From contig CACGJO010000002.1 of the NCBI GenBank assembly GCA_902573425.1, positions 1,877 through 65,876 on the forward strand: a stretch of 64,000 nucleotides of DNA, read 5' to 3'. This document shows positions 20,975 through 31,581 of this stretch, piece after piece; the stretch's first letter is position 1; each line of letters opens with the position of its first letter. Both the position numbers and the translations under genes were made by a program. The notes under the pieces are model-generated. The model did no database searches and was not told the origin of the DNA. It saw nothing but the letters and a program-made list of their open reading frames with translations. Origin of the DNA: an uncultured Pelagibacteraceae bacterium. Lineage in GTDB: Bacteria > Pseudomonadota > Alphaproteobacteria > Pelagibacterales > Pelagibacteraceae.

Positions 20975-23047
20975 ATGATTCGTAAATTTAAAATAAATAA
21001 AGACATTTATTACAATACTTTAGACTTTTTTAAAAAAAGGATCGTTGAGGTATGTGGTCTCATATTAATCAGTGTTTTTGGGGGTTTTTCATATTCTTTG
21101 GTTAATTACTCGCCAAATAATGAAACGCTTATTTATAAAATTGATGAAGAAGTCACGGGAGGTTTGTTCGAAATTTATTCGAACATGTCAGCTGATTTTT
21201 TTCTTCAATCCTTTGGCCTTATATCTTTTTTAATTGCATTAAGTATTTTTTCATGGGGGATTAGTTTAATATTTAATAAGAGAATTGATAACTTTTTAAG
21301 TAAATTATTTTATACCATTACTTATATAATTTTTGGATGCTTATTTGTATATATTACAAACAACAACTCATTTTGGTTGATTGATAATGGAAATTCAGGT
21401 TTTGTTGGTGAGAGAAGTTACTTATTACTTGATAGATTTGAACATATAATTAATAGTAATTTATCAAAAATTTTTCTTCTATTTCTCACTTTAACTTTCT
21501 TTATTTTGGCCTCAAATATAAATATTAAATATATTTTAGTTAAAATCTTAAAGAAAAAGAAAACTGTCGAAGAAAAAAGTATTCTTACTGAAATTGATTT
21601 AGAAAAAGAGTCTAATAATATTGAGTCAAAACAACAGTCTTTTTTATTTAAAAATAGCACAGAAACAACAAATGTTAAAAAAAATATTTTTGAAATACCA
21701 TCTATTAAATTATTAGAAAAAAAACAACCATCGAAAAATTTAAATTCTAAAAACCCAAGTACTGAATTTATTGAAAAAATTCTTTTGGACTTTGGAATTA
21801 AAGGAAAAATTAAAAAAGTAAGTAATGGTCCTGTTGTAAGTTTATATGAATTTGAACCTGCCGCTGGTATTAAAGTGTCTAAAATAATAAATTTGTCAGA
21901 AGATATTGCAAGAAATACTAGCTCTTTATCAGCCAGAGTAGCAATAATACCTGGAAAAAATACTGTTGGTATAGAAATACCTAATGAAAAAAGAGACGGA
22001 GTAGTTCTATCGGAAATTTTGCAATCTGATAATTTTAGTAAAAATGATGTAAAGCTTCCTATAGCTCTTGGAAAAAGTATATCAGGATCTCCAATTATTG
22101 CTGATTTAACATCTATGCCTCATTTGCTTATTGCTGGAACAACTGGATCTGGAAAGTCAGTTTGTATTAATACCATTATATCTTCTTTGTTGTTTAAACA
22201 TAATCCAGATATTTGCAAATTTATCTTGATTGATCCAAAAATGTTAGAATTGTCTTCTTATGAAGGAATACCCCATCTTTTAACTCCAGTTATAACCGAT
22301 GCAAAAAAAGCTACAGCGGCTTTGAGTTGGACTGTACGAGAAATGGAAAATAGATATAAACTAATGAGCTCGGTTGGGGTAAGAAATATTGATAGCTACA
22401 ATCAAAAACATAAAATTAAAATGCCTTATATAGTTGTAGTGGTAGATGAGATGTCAGATTTAATGCTTGTTTCTGGAAAAGAAATTGAAAGTTGTGTTCA
22501 AAAACTATCTGCTATGGCAAGAGCTGCGGGAATTCATATAATAATGGCTACCCAAAGACCAAGTGTGGACGTCATAACCGGAACTATTAAAGCAAATTTC
22601 CCTACAAGGATTTCATTTCAAGTAAGTTCGAAGATAGACAGTAAAACCATTTTAGGGGAACAGGGTGCTGAGCAGCTTCTTGGTAAAGGCGACATGCTAT
22701 TTATGTCGTCTGCAAATAAAATATTTAGAATACACGGTCCATACATGTCAGAAAATGAGATAGAAATGATTACTAGTTTCCTAAGAGCACAGGGAAGTCC
22801 TGATTATATTGAGGAAATTACACAACAAAAGAGAAATGAGACTAATGATGGAAATATAAATGACTCAGATGATGACTTATACCAAACAGCAATTCAAATA
22901 GTGAAAACTGAAAAGAAAGCATCTACAAGTTTTTTACAAAGGAAACTGCAAATTGGATACAATAGAGCAGCTAGAATGATTGATCAAATGGAAGAAAGTG
23001 GGATAGTTAGCAAAGCAAATCATACAGGTAAGAGAGAGGTCTTGTAA
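20975..23047 (+). CDS. ftsK: DNA translocase FtsK
   Basis: N-terminal TM segments, Walker A AGTTGSGKS, ATQRPS, and a C-terminal gamma winged helix (FLQRKLQIGYNRAARMIDQME). Confidence 0.95.
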   Translation: MIRKFKINKDIYYNTLDFFKKRIVEVCGLILISVFGGFSYSLVNYSPNNETLIYKIDEEVTGGLFEIYSNMSADFFLQSFGLISFLIALSIFSWGISLIFNKRIDNFLSKLFYTITYIIFGCLFVYITNNNSFWLIDNGNSGFVGERSYLLLDRFEHIINSNLSKIFLLFLTLTFFILASNINIKYILVKILKKKKTVEEKSILTEIDLEKESNNIESKQQSFLFKNSTETTNVKKNIFEIPSIKLLEKKQPSKNLNSKNPSTEFIEKILLDFGIKGKIKKVSNGPVVSLYEFEPAAGIKVSKIINLSEDIARNTSSLSARVAIIPGKNTVGIEIPNEKRDGVVLSEILQSDNFSKNDVKLPIALGKSISGSPIIADLTSMPHLLIAGTTGSGKSVCINTIISSLLFKHNPDICKFILIDPKMLELSSYEGIPHLLTPVITDAKKATAALSWTVREMENRYKLMSSVGVRNIDSYNQKHKIKMPYIVVVVDEMSDLMLVSGKEIESCVQKLSAMARAAGIHIIMATQRPSVDVITGTIKANFPTRISFQVSSKIDSKTILGEQGAEQLLGKGDMLFMSSANKIFRIHGPYMSENEIEMITSFLRAQGSPDYIEEITQQKRNETNDGNINDSDDDLYQTAIQIVKTEKKASTSFLQRKLQIGYNRAARMIDQMEESGIVSKANHTGKREVL

Positions 23048-23050
23048 TTT

Positions 23051-23617
23051 TTGATTAAAAATTTTATTTTAATTTTTATAATTATTTCGCTTTTTTCATT
23101 TAATAAAACTTCACTAGCTAGCGATAAACAAAAAATTATTGAAAATATAAATAATATTAAAACTTTAAAATTTAGTTTTAGTCAAATTTCTCATGATAAA
23201 GAAGAAACAGGCAAATGTTTTTTAAAAAGACCTCACTTTTTAAAATGTATTTATGAAGATAAAAAACAGAAACAATTGATTGTAAATAGAAATAACTTAA
23301 TTATTTATCATGCACGGTACAATAAAAGTTATTTTTATCCTGCAAAGACGTCTTATTTTTTAGATATTTTAGATAATAAAAAATTTGAGGATTTAATTTT
23401 AACTGCATCAATAACCCAGAAAAACGATTACTTTGAAATTATATCTCTAGATAAAGATAAGGGTGAAATAATGCTTTTTTTTGACATAGATAATTTTAAC
23501 TTAAAGGGATGGGAAATTATCAATTTAACCGGTAGTAAAACAACTTTTATTTTATACGATATTTTTAAAAATCCAGAAATTAGTAAAAAATTATTTCAGA
23601 TACCAAGTGCTAGTTAG
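23051..23617 (+). CDS. lolA: Outer-membrane lipoprotein carrier LolA-like protein
   Basis: Signal peptide, about 188 aa, position right after ftsK as in many proteobacteria. TTG start. Sequence similarity was judged only by eye. Confidence 0.6.
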   Translation: MIKNFILIFIIISLFSFNKTSLASDKQKIIENINNIKTLKFSFSQISHDKEETGKCFLKRPHFLKCIYEDKKQKQLIVNRNNLIIYHARYNKSYFYPAKTSYFLDILDNKKFEDLILTASITQKNDYFEIISLDKDKGEIMLFFDIDNFNLKGWEIINLTGSKTTFILYDIFKNPEISKKLFQIPSAS

Positions 23618-23975
23618 CCACCATTTTACCAATTTGCTCTCCACCAAATAGATGAAAATGAAGATGGGGAACTTCTTGTCCACCATTTTTTGCAATATTA
23701 GATATGGTTCTATACCCACCTTCAATATTTGATATTTTCAACAATTTAGCTACATGCGAGATTGCTTTAAAAAACTCTAAAATTTCTTTTTCTTTAGCAT
23801 TTTTAATAAAATCATCTAAATCTATGTATGATCCCTTAGGAATAATTAAAGCATGAATTTTTTTTTGAGGGTTTATATCGTAAAAAGAAAGTACAAATTC
23901 GTTTTCAAAAATTTTTTTACAAGGTATTTCCCCTCTTAAAATTTTAGCAAATATGTTGTTATTATCGTATTTCAC
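23610..23975 (-). CDS. HIT-family (histidine triad) nucleotide hydrolase
   Basis: Histidine triad HLHFHLFGG and the N-terminal FAKILRGEIP motif. Confidence 0.9.
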   Translation of the reverse strand: MKYDNNNIFAKILRGEIPCKKIFENEFVLSFYDINPQKKIHALIIPKGSYIDLDDFIKNAKEKEILEFFKAISHVAKLLKISNIEGGYRTISNIAKNGGQEVPHLHFHLFGGEQIGKMVAN

Positions 23976-23976
23976 T

Positions 23977-24252
23977 TTATTTTTTTTGCCTTTTTTTTAA
24001 TTCTTCCATTACATCTTCAATTTTAATATTGTTTGCCTCTAAAAGCACCATTAAATGATATAAGACATCAGCTGTTTCGTGCACTGTGTTTGAATTTTTT
24101 TGGATGGCCTCAAGAAGCTCTGAGATTTCCTCTTTTACCTTATTAACACTTAATTTTTTATCACTTAATAATTTATTTGTATAAGATTTCTCATTTGATG
24201 AGTTTTTCCTTTGGCGGATGATATTTATTAATTCTTCTAAAGTTTTAAACAT
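23977..24252 (-). CDS. hisE: Phosphoribosyl-ATP pyrophosphatase
   Basis: MazG-like helices SYTNKLL...KVKEEISEL...ETADVLYHLMVLL, 91 aa, directly downstream of hisF. Confidence 0.9.
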   Translation of the reverse strand: MFKTLEELINIIRQRKNSSNEKSYTNKLLSDKKLSVNKVKEEISELLEAIQKNSNTVHETADVLYHLMVLLEANNIKIEDVMEELKKRQKK

Positions 24253-24254
24253 TA

Positions 24255-25013
24255 TTAAATTCTTACAGGAATTCCCTTTGAGTCTAAATATTTTTTTGCA
24301 TCATTTATAGAAAATTCACCGAAATGAAATATAGATGCAGCCAATACGGCGCTTGCTTTACCTTTTTTGAGACCATCATATAAGTGATCGAGTTTTCCAA
24401 CACCACCAGATGCAATAACTGGAATGTTTACAGAATTAGAAACTAACTCGGTTAGCTCTAAATCATAACCTTTTTTAGTTCCATCTCTATCCATCGAAGT
24501 TAATAATATTTCTCCTGCTCCAAGTTCTTCGACTTCTTTTGCATAATTGAGAACATCCAAACCTGTAGAATTTCTGCCCCCATGGGTAAATACCTCCCAT
24601 TTTTTTTCACTTATTTTCTTGGCATCTATTGCAATAACTATGCACTGTGACCCAAAATTTTCTGCTGAGTCTTTGATAATATTTTTATTGCTCACCGCTG
24701 CTGTATTAATAGATACTTTATCCGCACCCGATTTTAGCAAATTAGAAATATCTATAATATTTCTCACTCCTCCTCCGACTGTTAGAGGCACAAAACACTC
24801 TTGTGATGTTTTTTTGACCACGTCCAAAATAGTATTTCTGTTTTCGTTAGATGCTGTTATATCTAAAAAACAAATCTCGTCTGCACCACCATCGCTGTAA
24901 ACCTTGGCTTGTTCAACTGGATCGCCAGCATCTTTTAGTTCAATAAAATTAATTCCTTTAACAACTCTTCCATTTTTAACATCTAAACAAGGTATAATTC
25001 TATTTTTTAACAT
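24255..25013 (-). CDS. hisF: Imidazole glycerol phosphate synthase, cyclase subunit
   Basis: [15 protein letters not shown] and IASGG motifs. Confidence 0.96.
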   Translation of the reverse strand: MLKNRIIPCLDVKNGRVVKGINFIELKDAGDPVEQAKVYSDGGADEICFLDITASNENRNTILDVVKKTSQECFVPLTVGGGVRNIIDISNLLKSGADKVSINTAAVSNKNIIKDSAENFGSQCIVIAIDAKKISEKKWEVFTHGGRNSTGLDVLNYAKEVEELGAGEILLTSMDRDGTKKGYDLELTELVSNSVNIPVIASGGVGKLDHLYDGLKKGKASAVLAASIFHFGEFSINDAKKYLDSKGIPVRI

Positions 25014-25134
25014 TTTTCTTTTTTTTTACTTTACTAGGCAGTAAACCTTTATTAATAGCTCTGGCTTTTTCGGAAAATCCAAGTTTATCACCATTTCTAA
25101 TTTTTCTTCTTATCGTAGATAGTTTTGCAACCAT
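25000..25134 (-). CDS. Small basic ORF (44 aa) between hisA and hisF, hypothetical
   Basis: Hand translation gives [44 protein letters not shown]. The ATG lies 3 nt after the hisA stop, and the stop overlaps the hisF start by 14 nt. It is shorter than every ORF listed in the supplied track. Confidence 0.4.
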   Translation of the reverse strand: MVAKLSTIRRKIRNGDKLGFSEKARAINKGLLPSKVKKKKNVKK

Positions 25135-25137
25135 AAT

Positions 25138-25860
25138 TTAATCTATTTCTTTTGCCAACTCATCAAGTTTAATTTCGCCATCATAAATAGCTTTACCAAC
25201 TATTATGCCTTCAACTTTTTTAATATTTAACTCTTTACATTTTATAATATCTTTAATTGTTGAAACTCCACCAGAAATCACTACTGGACAATTAGAAATT
25301 TCGGCAATTTTTACTGTCCCTTCAAAGTTGGGTCCAATTTTCATTCCATCTTTATTAATATCTGTATAAATAATTCTGCTAATACCAAAATTATTTACCT
25401 CTTTTAAGAAGTCTATAGTTTTAATATTCGAATTTTCTTTCCAGCCTGAAATAGATAAGTAACCATCCTTAGAGTCTAATCCTAAGGCAATTTTATTTTT
25501 AAACTTTATACAGGCATCTTTTAAGAATTCTTTATTTTTAACTGCTCCACTACCCAAAATAACTTTATCTACACCTGTATCAATATACTGCTTAATACTA
25601 TCAAGAGATCTTATGCCTCCGCCTACTTCAACTTTAAGATTATAGGTGTTTATTATCTCACAAATTATGTCTAAGTTAACTGTCTTGCCTTTTAAAGCGC
25701 CATCTAAGTCAACGATGTGTAAATCTTTGAAACCTAAGTCTAAGAACTCTTTTGCTTGATCTGTAGGAGATTTTTTATATTCAGTGGATTTTTCAAAATT
25801 CCCTTTTAAAAGCCGAACACACTTCCCCCCTCTAATATCTATAGCAGGAAATATTTTCAT
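25138..25860 (-). CDS. hisA: 1-(5-phosphoribosyl)-5-[(5-phosphoribosylamino)methylideneamino]imidazole-4-carboxamide isomerase
   Basis: IFPAIDIRGGKCVRL, VGGGIRS and ISGGVS motifs. Confidence 0.95.
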   Translation of the reverse strand: MKIFPAIDIRGGKCVRLLKGNFEKSTEYKKSPTDQAKEFLDLGFKDLHIVDLDGALKGKTVNLDIICEIINTYNLKVEVGGGIRSLDSIKQYIDTGVDKVILGSGAVKNKEFLKDACIKFKNKIALGLDSKDGYLSISGWKENSNIKTIDFLKEVNNFGISRIIYTDINKDGMKIGPNFEGTVKIAEISNCPVVISGGVSTIKDIIKCKELNIKKVEGIIVGKAIYDGEIKLDELAKEID

Positions 25861-25867
25861 CTTTCTT

Positions 25868-26467
25868 TTAAAGTTTTCCTTTTGTCGAAGGAAGAATATT
25901 TTTGACCCTTTTATCCAACTCTAAGGCTTCTCTTAATGATCGCGCTAGTGCTTTAAAACAGGACTCAATTTTATGATGGCTATTTTCACCGTAAATATTT
26001 TCAACGTGTAATGTTATACCCGCTGACTGTGAAAAAGCTTGAAACCATTCTTTAAAAAGTTCAGTATCCATTTCACCTAATTTCTCTACCTTAAGATCAA
26101 CTTTCCATATTAAGTAAGGTCTATTAGAAATATCAATCGAAACCCTGGTCAAAGTTTCATCCATTGGAATAACAGCACTTGCGTATCTTCTAATACCTTT
26201 TCGGTTTCCTGCGGCTTTTTTTATTGCTTCACCAAGTACGATACCTGAGTCCTCTGTTGTATGATGTAAGTCAATATGAGTATCACCTTTTGCCATTAGT
26301 TTAATATCTATGAGAGAATGTTTTGATAACTGTTCTAACATATGATCTAAAAAGCCTATTTTCGTCTTGATTTGGTATTTTCCTTTACCATCTAAATTAA
26401 TTTCGACTGCGATGTTTGTTTCTTTAGTTTTTCTTAAAATTTTCGCTTTTCTGATCATATCTACCAA
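25868..26467 (-). CDS. hisB: Imidazoleglycerol-phosphate dehydratase
   Basis: [26 protein letters not shown] and HHKIES motifs. Confidence 0.96.
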   Translation of the reverse strand: MVDMIRKAKILRKTKETNIAVEINLDGKGKYQIKTKIGFLDHMLEQLSKHSLIDIKLMAKGDTHIDLHHTTEDSGIVLGEAIKKAAGNRKGIRRYASAVIPMDETLTRVSIDISNRPYLIWKVDLKVEKLGEMDTELFKEWFQAFSQSAGITLHVENIYGENSHHKIESCFKALARSLREALELDKRVKNILPSTKGKL

Positions 26468-26524
26468 GATTAAAACTAAGATATATAGCTAAATTAAGAT
26501 TTTAGCAATAAATCCGATTCTCCT

Positions 26525-26554
26525 CTTGAAGATTCAAATTTAATCTCCACATGT
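26525..26554 (+). promoter_or_regulatory. Putative sigma-32 (RpoH)-type heat-shock promoter of hslVU
   Basis: CTTGAA (26525-26530), a 16-nt spacer, then CCACATGT (26547-26554), compared with the E. coli consensus CTTGAA-N13-17-CCCCATNT. The -10 element ends 5 nt before the hslV ATG. Confidence 0.45.
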
Positions 26555-26559
26555 AAATC

Positions 26560-27099
26560 ATGGATACAGGCAAAAATTGGCACGGTACTACTATAGTTTT
26601 AATAAGAAAAGATGGACAAACCATTGTTGCTGGTGATGGGCAGGTTAGTTTGGGGAACACAGTATTAAAAAGTAAAGCAAAAAAAGTAAGAAAGATCGAG
26701 AAAAGAAATGTGATTGCTGGATTTGCAGGATCAACTGCGGATGCCTTGACTCTCTTTGAAAGGCTGGAGGCGAAATTAGAAAAACATGCGGGAAATTTAA
26801 CACGGGCAGCTGTTGAACTTGCTAAAGATTGGAGAACAGATAAATATTTGAGAAGACTTGAGGCTTTAATGGCTGTAGCTGATAAAGAAAAAAGCTTTAT
26901 AATTTCTGGGACAGGTGATGTCCTTGAACCAGAAGATGGATTAATTGGAATTGGCTCTGGAGGGAATTATGCCTTAGCGGCTGCCAAAGTTTTGATCGAA
27001 ACAAAAATGACAGCCGAAGAGATTGCGAAAAAATCATTAAAAGTTGCATCAGAAATTTGTGTATTTACAAACAACAATATAACTACAGAAAAAATTTAA
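26560..27099 (+). CDS. hslV: ATP-dependent protease subunit HslV
   Basis: Catalytic N-terminal HGTTIV, then GDGQVS and GSGGNYA motifs. Confidence 0.96.
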   Translation: MDTGKNWHGTTIVLIRKDGQTIVAGDGQVSLGNTVLKSKAKKVRKIEKRNVIAGFAGSTADALTLFERLEAKLEKHAGNLTRAAVELAKDWRTDKYLRRLEALMAVADKEKSFIISGTGDVLEPEDGLIGIGSGGNYALAAAKVLIETKMTAEEIAKKSLKVASEICVFTNNNITTEKI

Positions 27100-27101
27100 A
27101 C

Positions 27102-28472
27102 ATGATTCAAAAGACACCAAATTTAAAAGTCGTTAAAGATAATGATGATAAAAAATCATCAAAAACTAGCGCTCTTTCACCTAGAGAAATAGTTTCTGAG
27201 TTAGACAGATACGTAATTGGACAAACCGAAGCTAAAAGGGCTGTTGCAGTAGCACTAAGGAATAGATGGAGAAGACAGGCCCTTACAGATGATATGAAAC
27301 AAGAAGTACTGCCAAAAAATATTTTGATGATCGGCCCAACAGGTGTTGGAAAAACAGAAATTTCTAGAAGACTTTCGAGGTTGGCTCAAGCTCCATTTAT
27401 AAAGGTTGAAGCAACTAGATTTACAGAAGTTGGGTATGTAGGTAGAGATGTTGAGCAAATTATAAGAGACCTGATTGAAATAGCAATTGCGATGGAAAAA
27501 GAAAAGAAGAGAAAAGAAGTTTACGCTAAAGCACAACAATCAGCAGAAGAAAAAGTTCTAGACGCTCTTGTTGGAAAAAAAGCAAGCTTAGCAACAAGAG
27601 AAAGTTTTAGGAAAAGACTTCGTTCTGGTGATTTAGATAAAAATGAGATTGAGATAGAGATTAATGAAACCAAATCAGGTATGCCAAGCTTTGAAATACC
27701 AGGTATGCCAGGAGCAAATATAGGAATGGTAAACTTGGGTGAAATGCTTGGTAAGTCTATGGGCCAAAAGGGAAAAAAGAAAAAAATGAGTGTAAAAGAA
27801 TCTCATGAAATTTTAATAGCTCAAGAGTCTGATAAAATGATTGAACAAGACAAAATAATTAAGGAGGCTGTTGAGTCTACAGAAAATAACGGGATAGTAT
27901 TTTTAGATGAAATTGACAAGGTTTCTGCAAGAACAGATAGAGCAGGTGGGGATGTGTCTAGAGAAGGAGTTCAAAGAGACTTGCTTCCTTTAATAGAAGG
28001 AACAACTGTTAATACAAAGTATGGGCCAGTAAAAACAGATCATGTTTTATTTATTGCCTCAGGAGCTTTCCAACTTGCAAAACCTTCGGATCTTTTACCG
28101 GAATTACAAGGCCGTCTACCTATAAGAGTAGAATTAAAAGCCCTTACGGAGGAAGATTTTAAAAGAATTTTAAAAGAGCCAGACAACAGTTTAATAAAAC
28201 AATACAAGGCCTTACTAAAAACAGAAAATGTTGACCTTGAGTTTTCTGATGATGGTATAGATATGCTTGCTAAATTATCTACCGAAATAAATTCAACTGT
28301 GGAAAACATTGGTGCGAGAAGATTACATACAATTATTGAAAAAGTTTTGGATGAAATTAGCTTTACAGCCTCCGACAAACCGGGACAAAAAATTATAATT
28401 AACAAAGATTACGTTAAGAAAAATTTAGGCGATCTAGTTAGAGATACCGATCTATCAAAATTTATTTTGTAA
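27102..28472 (+). CDS. hslU: ATP-dependent protease ATPase subunit HslU
   Basis: [15 protein letters not shown] and Walker [11 protein letters not shown]. The start is set at the ATG 2 nt after the hslV stop rather than the tracked 27057 start, which overlaps hslV. Confidence 0.95.
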   Translation: MIQKTPNLKVVKDNDDKKSSKTSALSPREIVSELDRYVIGQTEAKRAVAVALRNRWRRQALTDDMKQEVLPKNILMIGPTGVGKTEISRRLSRLAQAPFIKVEATRFTEVGYVGRDVEQIIRDLIEIAIAMEKEKKRKEVYAKAQQSAEEKVLDALVGKKASLATRESFRKRLRSGDLDKNEIEIEINETKSGMPSFEIPGMPGANIGMVNLGEMLGKSMGQKGKKKKMSVKESHEILIAQESDKMIEQDKIIKEAVESTENNGIVFLDEIDKVSARTDRAGGDVSREGVQRDLLPLIEGTTVNTKYGPVKTDHVLFIASGAFQLAKPSDLLPELQGRLPIRVELKALTEEDFKRILKEPDNSLIKQYKALLKTENVDLEFSDDGIDMLAKLSTEINSTVENIGARRLHTIIEKVLDEISFTASDKPGQKIIINKDYVKKNLGDLVRDTDLSKFIL

Positions 28473-28887
28473 GTTTTTTAAGCCTGATTATCAAAGCCCC
28501 TTCACCACCTTGCTCGGTTGGCGCAGTAGTAATTTTTTTAATTTTTGAAGCTAACTCTGGTTTGCTTTTTAAGAATAACGGTATTGTGTTTTTAAGCTTA
28601 TTATATTTACTAGATGTAAATACGTTACTTTCGTTTTTAGAATGAATTCCTTTTCCTGTAATTACCAAGATTTGGTGTACACCGTTTTTATAACACTTCG
28701 AGATTATTTGATCTATGGTAGAGTTTGCTTTTTCGATTGAATAACCATGAAGATCAAATCTAAATTTTTTATTTAAATTTAAATCTGTTACTCCATCATT
28801 ATCTTTGTTGTGTATTTTACCTGGGTCCTCTAAAAATTTCTCCCAGTCTTTAAGGTCTGAATTTTTTTTTTCTAAATTTTTAATCAA
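28462..28887 (-). CDS. Smr-domain protein
   Basis: Smr motif [11 protein letters not shown]...ILVITGKG. Confidence 0.8.
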   Translation of the reverse strand: MIKNLEKKNSDLKDWEKFLEDPGKIHNKDNDGVTDLNLNKKFRFDLHGYSIEKANSTIDQIISKCYKNGVHQILVITGKGIHSKNESNVFTSSKYNKLKNTIPLFLKSKPELASKIKKITTAPTEQGGEGALIIRLKKLTK

Positions 28888-29489
28888 GAATTTTTGATAT
28901 CAGCAAGATACCAGTTTGGGCTTGAGCTAGATATTTTTTTCGTGAATTTCCAGTGATCTATTACTGTTGTAATTTTATTTGGGTCCCCTTCTACTACTTT
29001 ATTGTCTTTGTCTTTTTTAACTGAAATTATCTCACTAACAAATTTCACGGTAAAATATAAAGCTTCTGCTGTCTTTTCAAAATTTTCAATTGCAGAAGAT
29101 TTGATGCCAACAAAAGTTAGCTCTGACTTAATTTTTTTTGCTTTTCTATCTTCAATGGCTGACGAAAAATTATTTTGCATTTTTTCTGTAAGAAGAGTTT
29201 TTAAATTTTCTTTATCGCCTCTCGAAAAAGACGTCAGAATTGTTTCGTATGCTATTTCTGCTCCTTTTAAAAATTGTTTCTTATCTTTAGCATCGAATTC
29301 ATTTTTTGGTTTAAGGTCTTTCGTGGTAGTAGCTTTTTTAAATTGCTCAAATTTTTTATCTGTAAAATCAGAAAAAGCTTTTTCTTGGTGTCCGGTTTTT
29401 CTGCCTAGAATGTTTCTTAATCTTAATATTATAAAACCAGCTATCATGGCTAATAATATAATGTCTAGATATCCAAAATTATTACTCAT
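28884..29489 (-). CDS. Tim44-like domain membrane protein
   Basis: N-terminal TM LDIILLAMIAGFIILRL and a C-terminal Tim44-like fold ending ...HWKFTKK...PNWYLADI. The start is moved to Met26 to avoid overlapping fxsA. The position next to secB/fxsA is typical for alphaproteobacteria. Confidence 0.6.
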   Translation of the reverse strand: MSNNFGYLDIILLAMIAGFIILRLRNILGRKTGHQEKAFSDFTDKKFEQFKKATTTKDLKPKNEFDAKDKKQFLKGAEIAYETILTSFSRGDKENLKTLLTEKMQNNFSSAIEDRKAKKIKSELTFVGIKSSAIENFEKTAEALYFTVKFVSEIISVKKDKDNKVVEGDPNKITTVIDHWKFTKKISSSSPNWYLADIKNS

Positions 29490-29533
29490 TATTTGATAAA
29501 TATACATTAATAATATAATTTGGAAACCGTCAA

Positions 29534-29950
29534 ATGAACACAGTGCTATTACTAATAATTGCAATACCGGCGGTAGAAATATTTTTAATGATTAAAATTG
29601 GCCAAAATATTGGTGCTTTGAGTACAATAGGTCTAATATTTTTGACTGCGGTGATAGGTATATATTTTGCAAAGCTTGAAGGTCTTAATACTTTGAGATC
29701 AGGAATTAATAACCTGTACAAAAATAAAATACCAATTTATGAAATGATGTCTGGTGCATCTATAGCATTTGCGGCTTTGTTATTAATAATACCTGGTTTT
29801 ATTACTGACTTTTTGGGTTTTCTTTTGCTTATCCCATTTACAAGAAAAAAAATAATCAGATTATTTCTGAAAAAAAAAAGACCAGTAACAGATAAAAAAG
29901 ATTATATTGAAGGAGAAATTTTAGATAGAGATAAAAAAGATGACATATGA
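29534..29950 (+). CDS. fxsA: FxsA-family inner-membrane protein
   Basis: Motif LLIIPGFITDFLGFLLLIPFTR and TM-rich, 138 aa. Confidence 0.8.
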   Translation: MNTVLLLIIAIPAVEIFLMIKIGQNIGALSTIGLIFLTAVIGIYFAKLEGLNTLRSGINNLYKNKIPIYEMMSGASIAFAALLLIIPGFITDFLGFLLLIPFTRKKIIRLFLKKKRPVTDKKDYIEGEILDRDKKDDI

Positions 29951-30362
29951 AATTGTAACAAAATATATAAAAGATTTAAGTTTTAAAATAAATGATGCAA
30001 AATCTTATTTTCTTCTAGAAAAGGATATTAAAAATTATAACTTTGTGTGTGATATAAAGAGCAAAAAACTTAAAGAGAAAATTGTTCAGGCCGATATAAA
30101 TTTACGCTTAATTCCAGTAAATAAAACATCAAATAGAAACCTAGATGTAAAAGTTGAGCTAACATCAATAATTCAGTTCGACAAAATTGATAATAAAGAT
30201 GAAATGGAAAAAATTATATTAATTAAAGTGCCGGAAGAGATATATCCAAATATGAGAGAAATAATAATATTTTTATTTAAAAGTTCTGGGTTCAATAAAA
30301 TAAATATACCTGAAAAAATTGATTTCCAGAAACTTTACGATAATAAACAGGTTCAAAAATAA
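29940..30362 (+). CDS. secB: Protein-export chaperone SecB
   Basis: About 140 aa with an N-terminal YIKDLSF pattern and a PNMREIIIFL...SGF pattern typical of SecB. Confidence 0.8.
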   Translation: MTYEIVTKYIKDLSFKINDAKSYFLLEKDIKNYNFVCDIKSKKLKEKIVQADINLRLIPVNKTSNRNLDVKVELTSIIQFDKIDNKDEMEKIILIKVPEEIYPNMREIIIFLFKSSGFNKINIPEKIDFQKLYDNKQVQK

Positions 30363-31021
30363 TTTTTTTTTATTTCTTTTTTCAAATACTCTGAATGTGA
30401 AATAATTTCTGATTTTGAAGGATAAAGTATTTTTTTTAAATAGAGCTTTACTGAATTTTCTTTAGTATGATTTGCCACTTCATCTTGCTTAAACTGTAAA
30501 GATGGTTCTTTTTCTCCGACAAGGTTTATATACACTTGTCTTAGTAATTCACAATCCAATAAGGCATTATGTTTCGTCCTTTTTGACAGATCAATATTAA
30601 ATTTTTTACAAAGATTATCCAAAGAATTAGAAGACCCAGGAAATTTGGATCTCGCAACTTCTAAGCTGTCGATTACATTTTTTTTAATATTTATCTTTTC
30701 TAAATTTAATCTTGTTAATTCAGAATTAATAAATGAAATATCAAAAGGGGCATTATGAATAATAAGTTTTTTATCAGCAATGAAATCTTTAAACTCTTTT
30801 GCGATGTCTGCGAATTTTTCTTTATTTTTTAAAATCTCAGATGTATAACCATGAATTCTTGATGCATCAGCTGAAATCTCTCTTTCAGGATTAATAAGTT
30901 TGTAAAATACCCTTTTTGTTGGGATCAAATTTTCAGTTTCAATACATGCAATTTCTAATATCCTGTGACCGTCTTTTACTGAAAGACCAGTGGTCTCTGT
31001 GTCGAGTATTATTTCACTCAT
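30353..31021 (-). CDS. dnaQ: DNA polymerase III epsilon subunit (3'-5' exonuclease)
   Basis: Exo I ILDTETTGL, Exo II HNAPFDISF, Exo III HNALLDCELL. Confidence 0.9.
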   Translation of the reverse strand: MSEIILDTETTGLSVKDGHRILEIACIETENLIPTKRVFYKLINPEREISADASRIHGYTSEILKNKEKFADIAKEFKDFIADKKLIIHNAPFDISFINSELTRLNLEKINIKKNVIDSLEVARSKFPGSSNSLDNLCKKFNIDLSKRTKHNALLDCELLRQVYINLVGEKEPSLQFKQDEVANHTKENSVKLYLKKILYPSKSEIISHSEYLKKEIKKNYF

Positions 31022-31581
31022 AGTTTCTTTTTTATATATTTAATTTTTCTTTTCAATTTATTTAACGTTCCGTTGTTGTTGATAACATAATCACAAAACT
31101 TAATTTTTTTTGCAGGCAGGAGTTGTCTTCTATCTAATATGTTGAAAATTTTCTTGCTTTTGCCTCTTTTCAGAAATCTTTTTAACCTTAGATTTTTCTT
31201 TGAATTAACAAATATAATCTTATCATAATTTTTCATTAATTTACTTTCAATGAGTAAGGGTATTTCAAAAAATAAAAAATGTTTTTTTCTATTTTTTTTT
31301 GAAAAACTTCTTATTTCTTTCCTGACTAAAGGATGAATAATTTTTTCTAATTCAAATAAAGATTTACTATTTTTAAGTATTATTTTTTTTAGGTCATCTT
31401 TAATATTACTTCTATTTTTTAATTTAAATTTTTTAAAAACTTTAGTTTTGAAGGTATTGGACTGATAAATTCTTTTAACAGATTTATCAGCGTCAAAAAG
31501 CGGGTTTTTTTTTGATGAAATTATTTTTGCAACAGTTGTTTTACCAGATGCTAAAGATCCTGTGATTCCAATTTTAATCAT
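31018..31581 (-). CDS. coaE: Dephospho-CoA kinase
   Basis: P-loop IGITGSLASGKTT. 4-nt overlaps on both sides. Confidence 0.88.
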   Translation of the reverse strand: MIKIGITGSLASGKTTVAKIISSKKNPLFDADKSVKRIYQSNTFKTKVFKKFKLKNRSNIKDDLKKIILKNSKSLFELEKIIHPLVRKEIRSFSKKNRKKHFLFFEIPLLIESKLMKNYDKIIFVNSKKNLRLKRFLKRGKSKKIFNILDRRQLLPAKKIKFCDYVINNNGTLNKLKRKIKYIKKKL

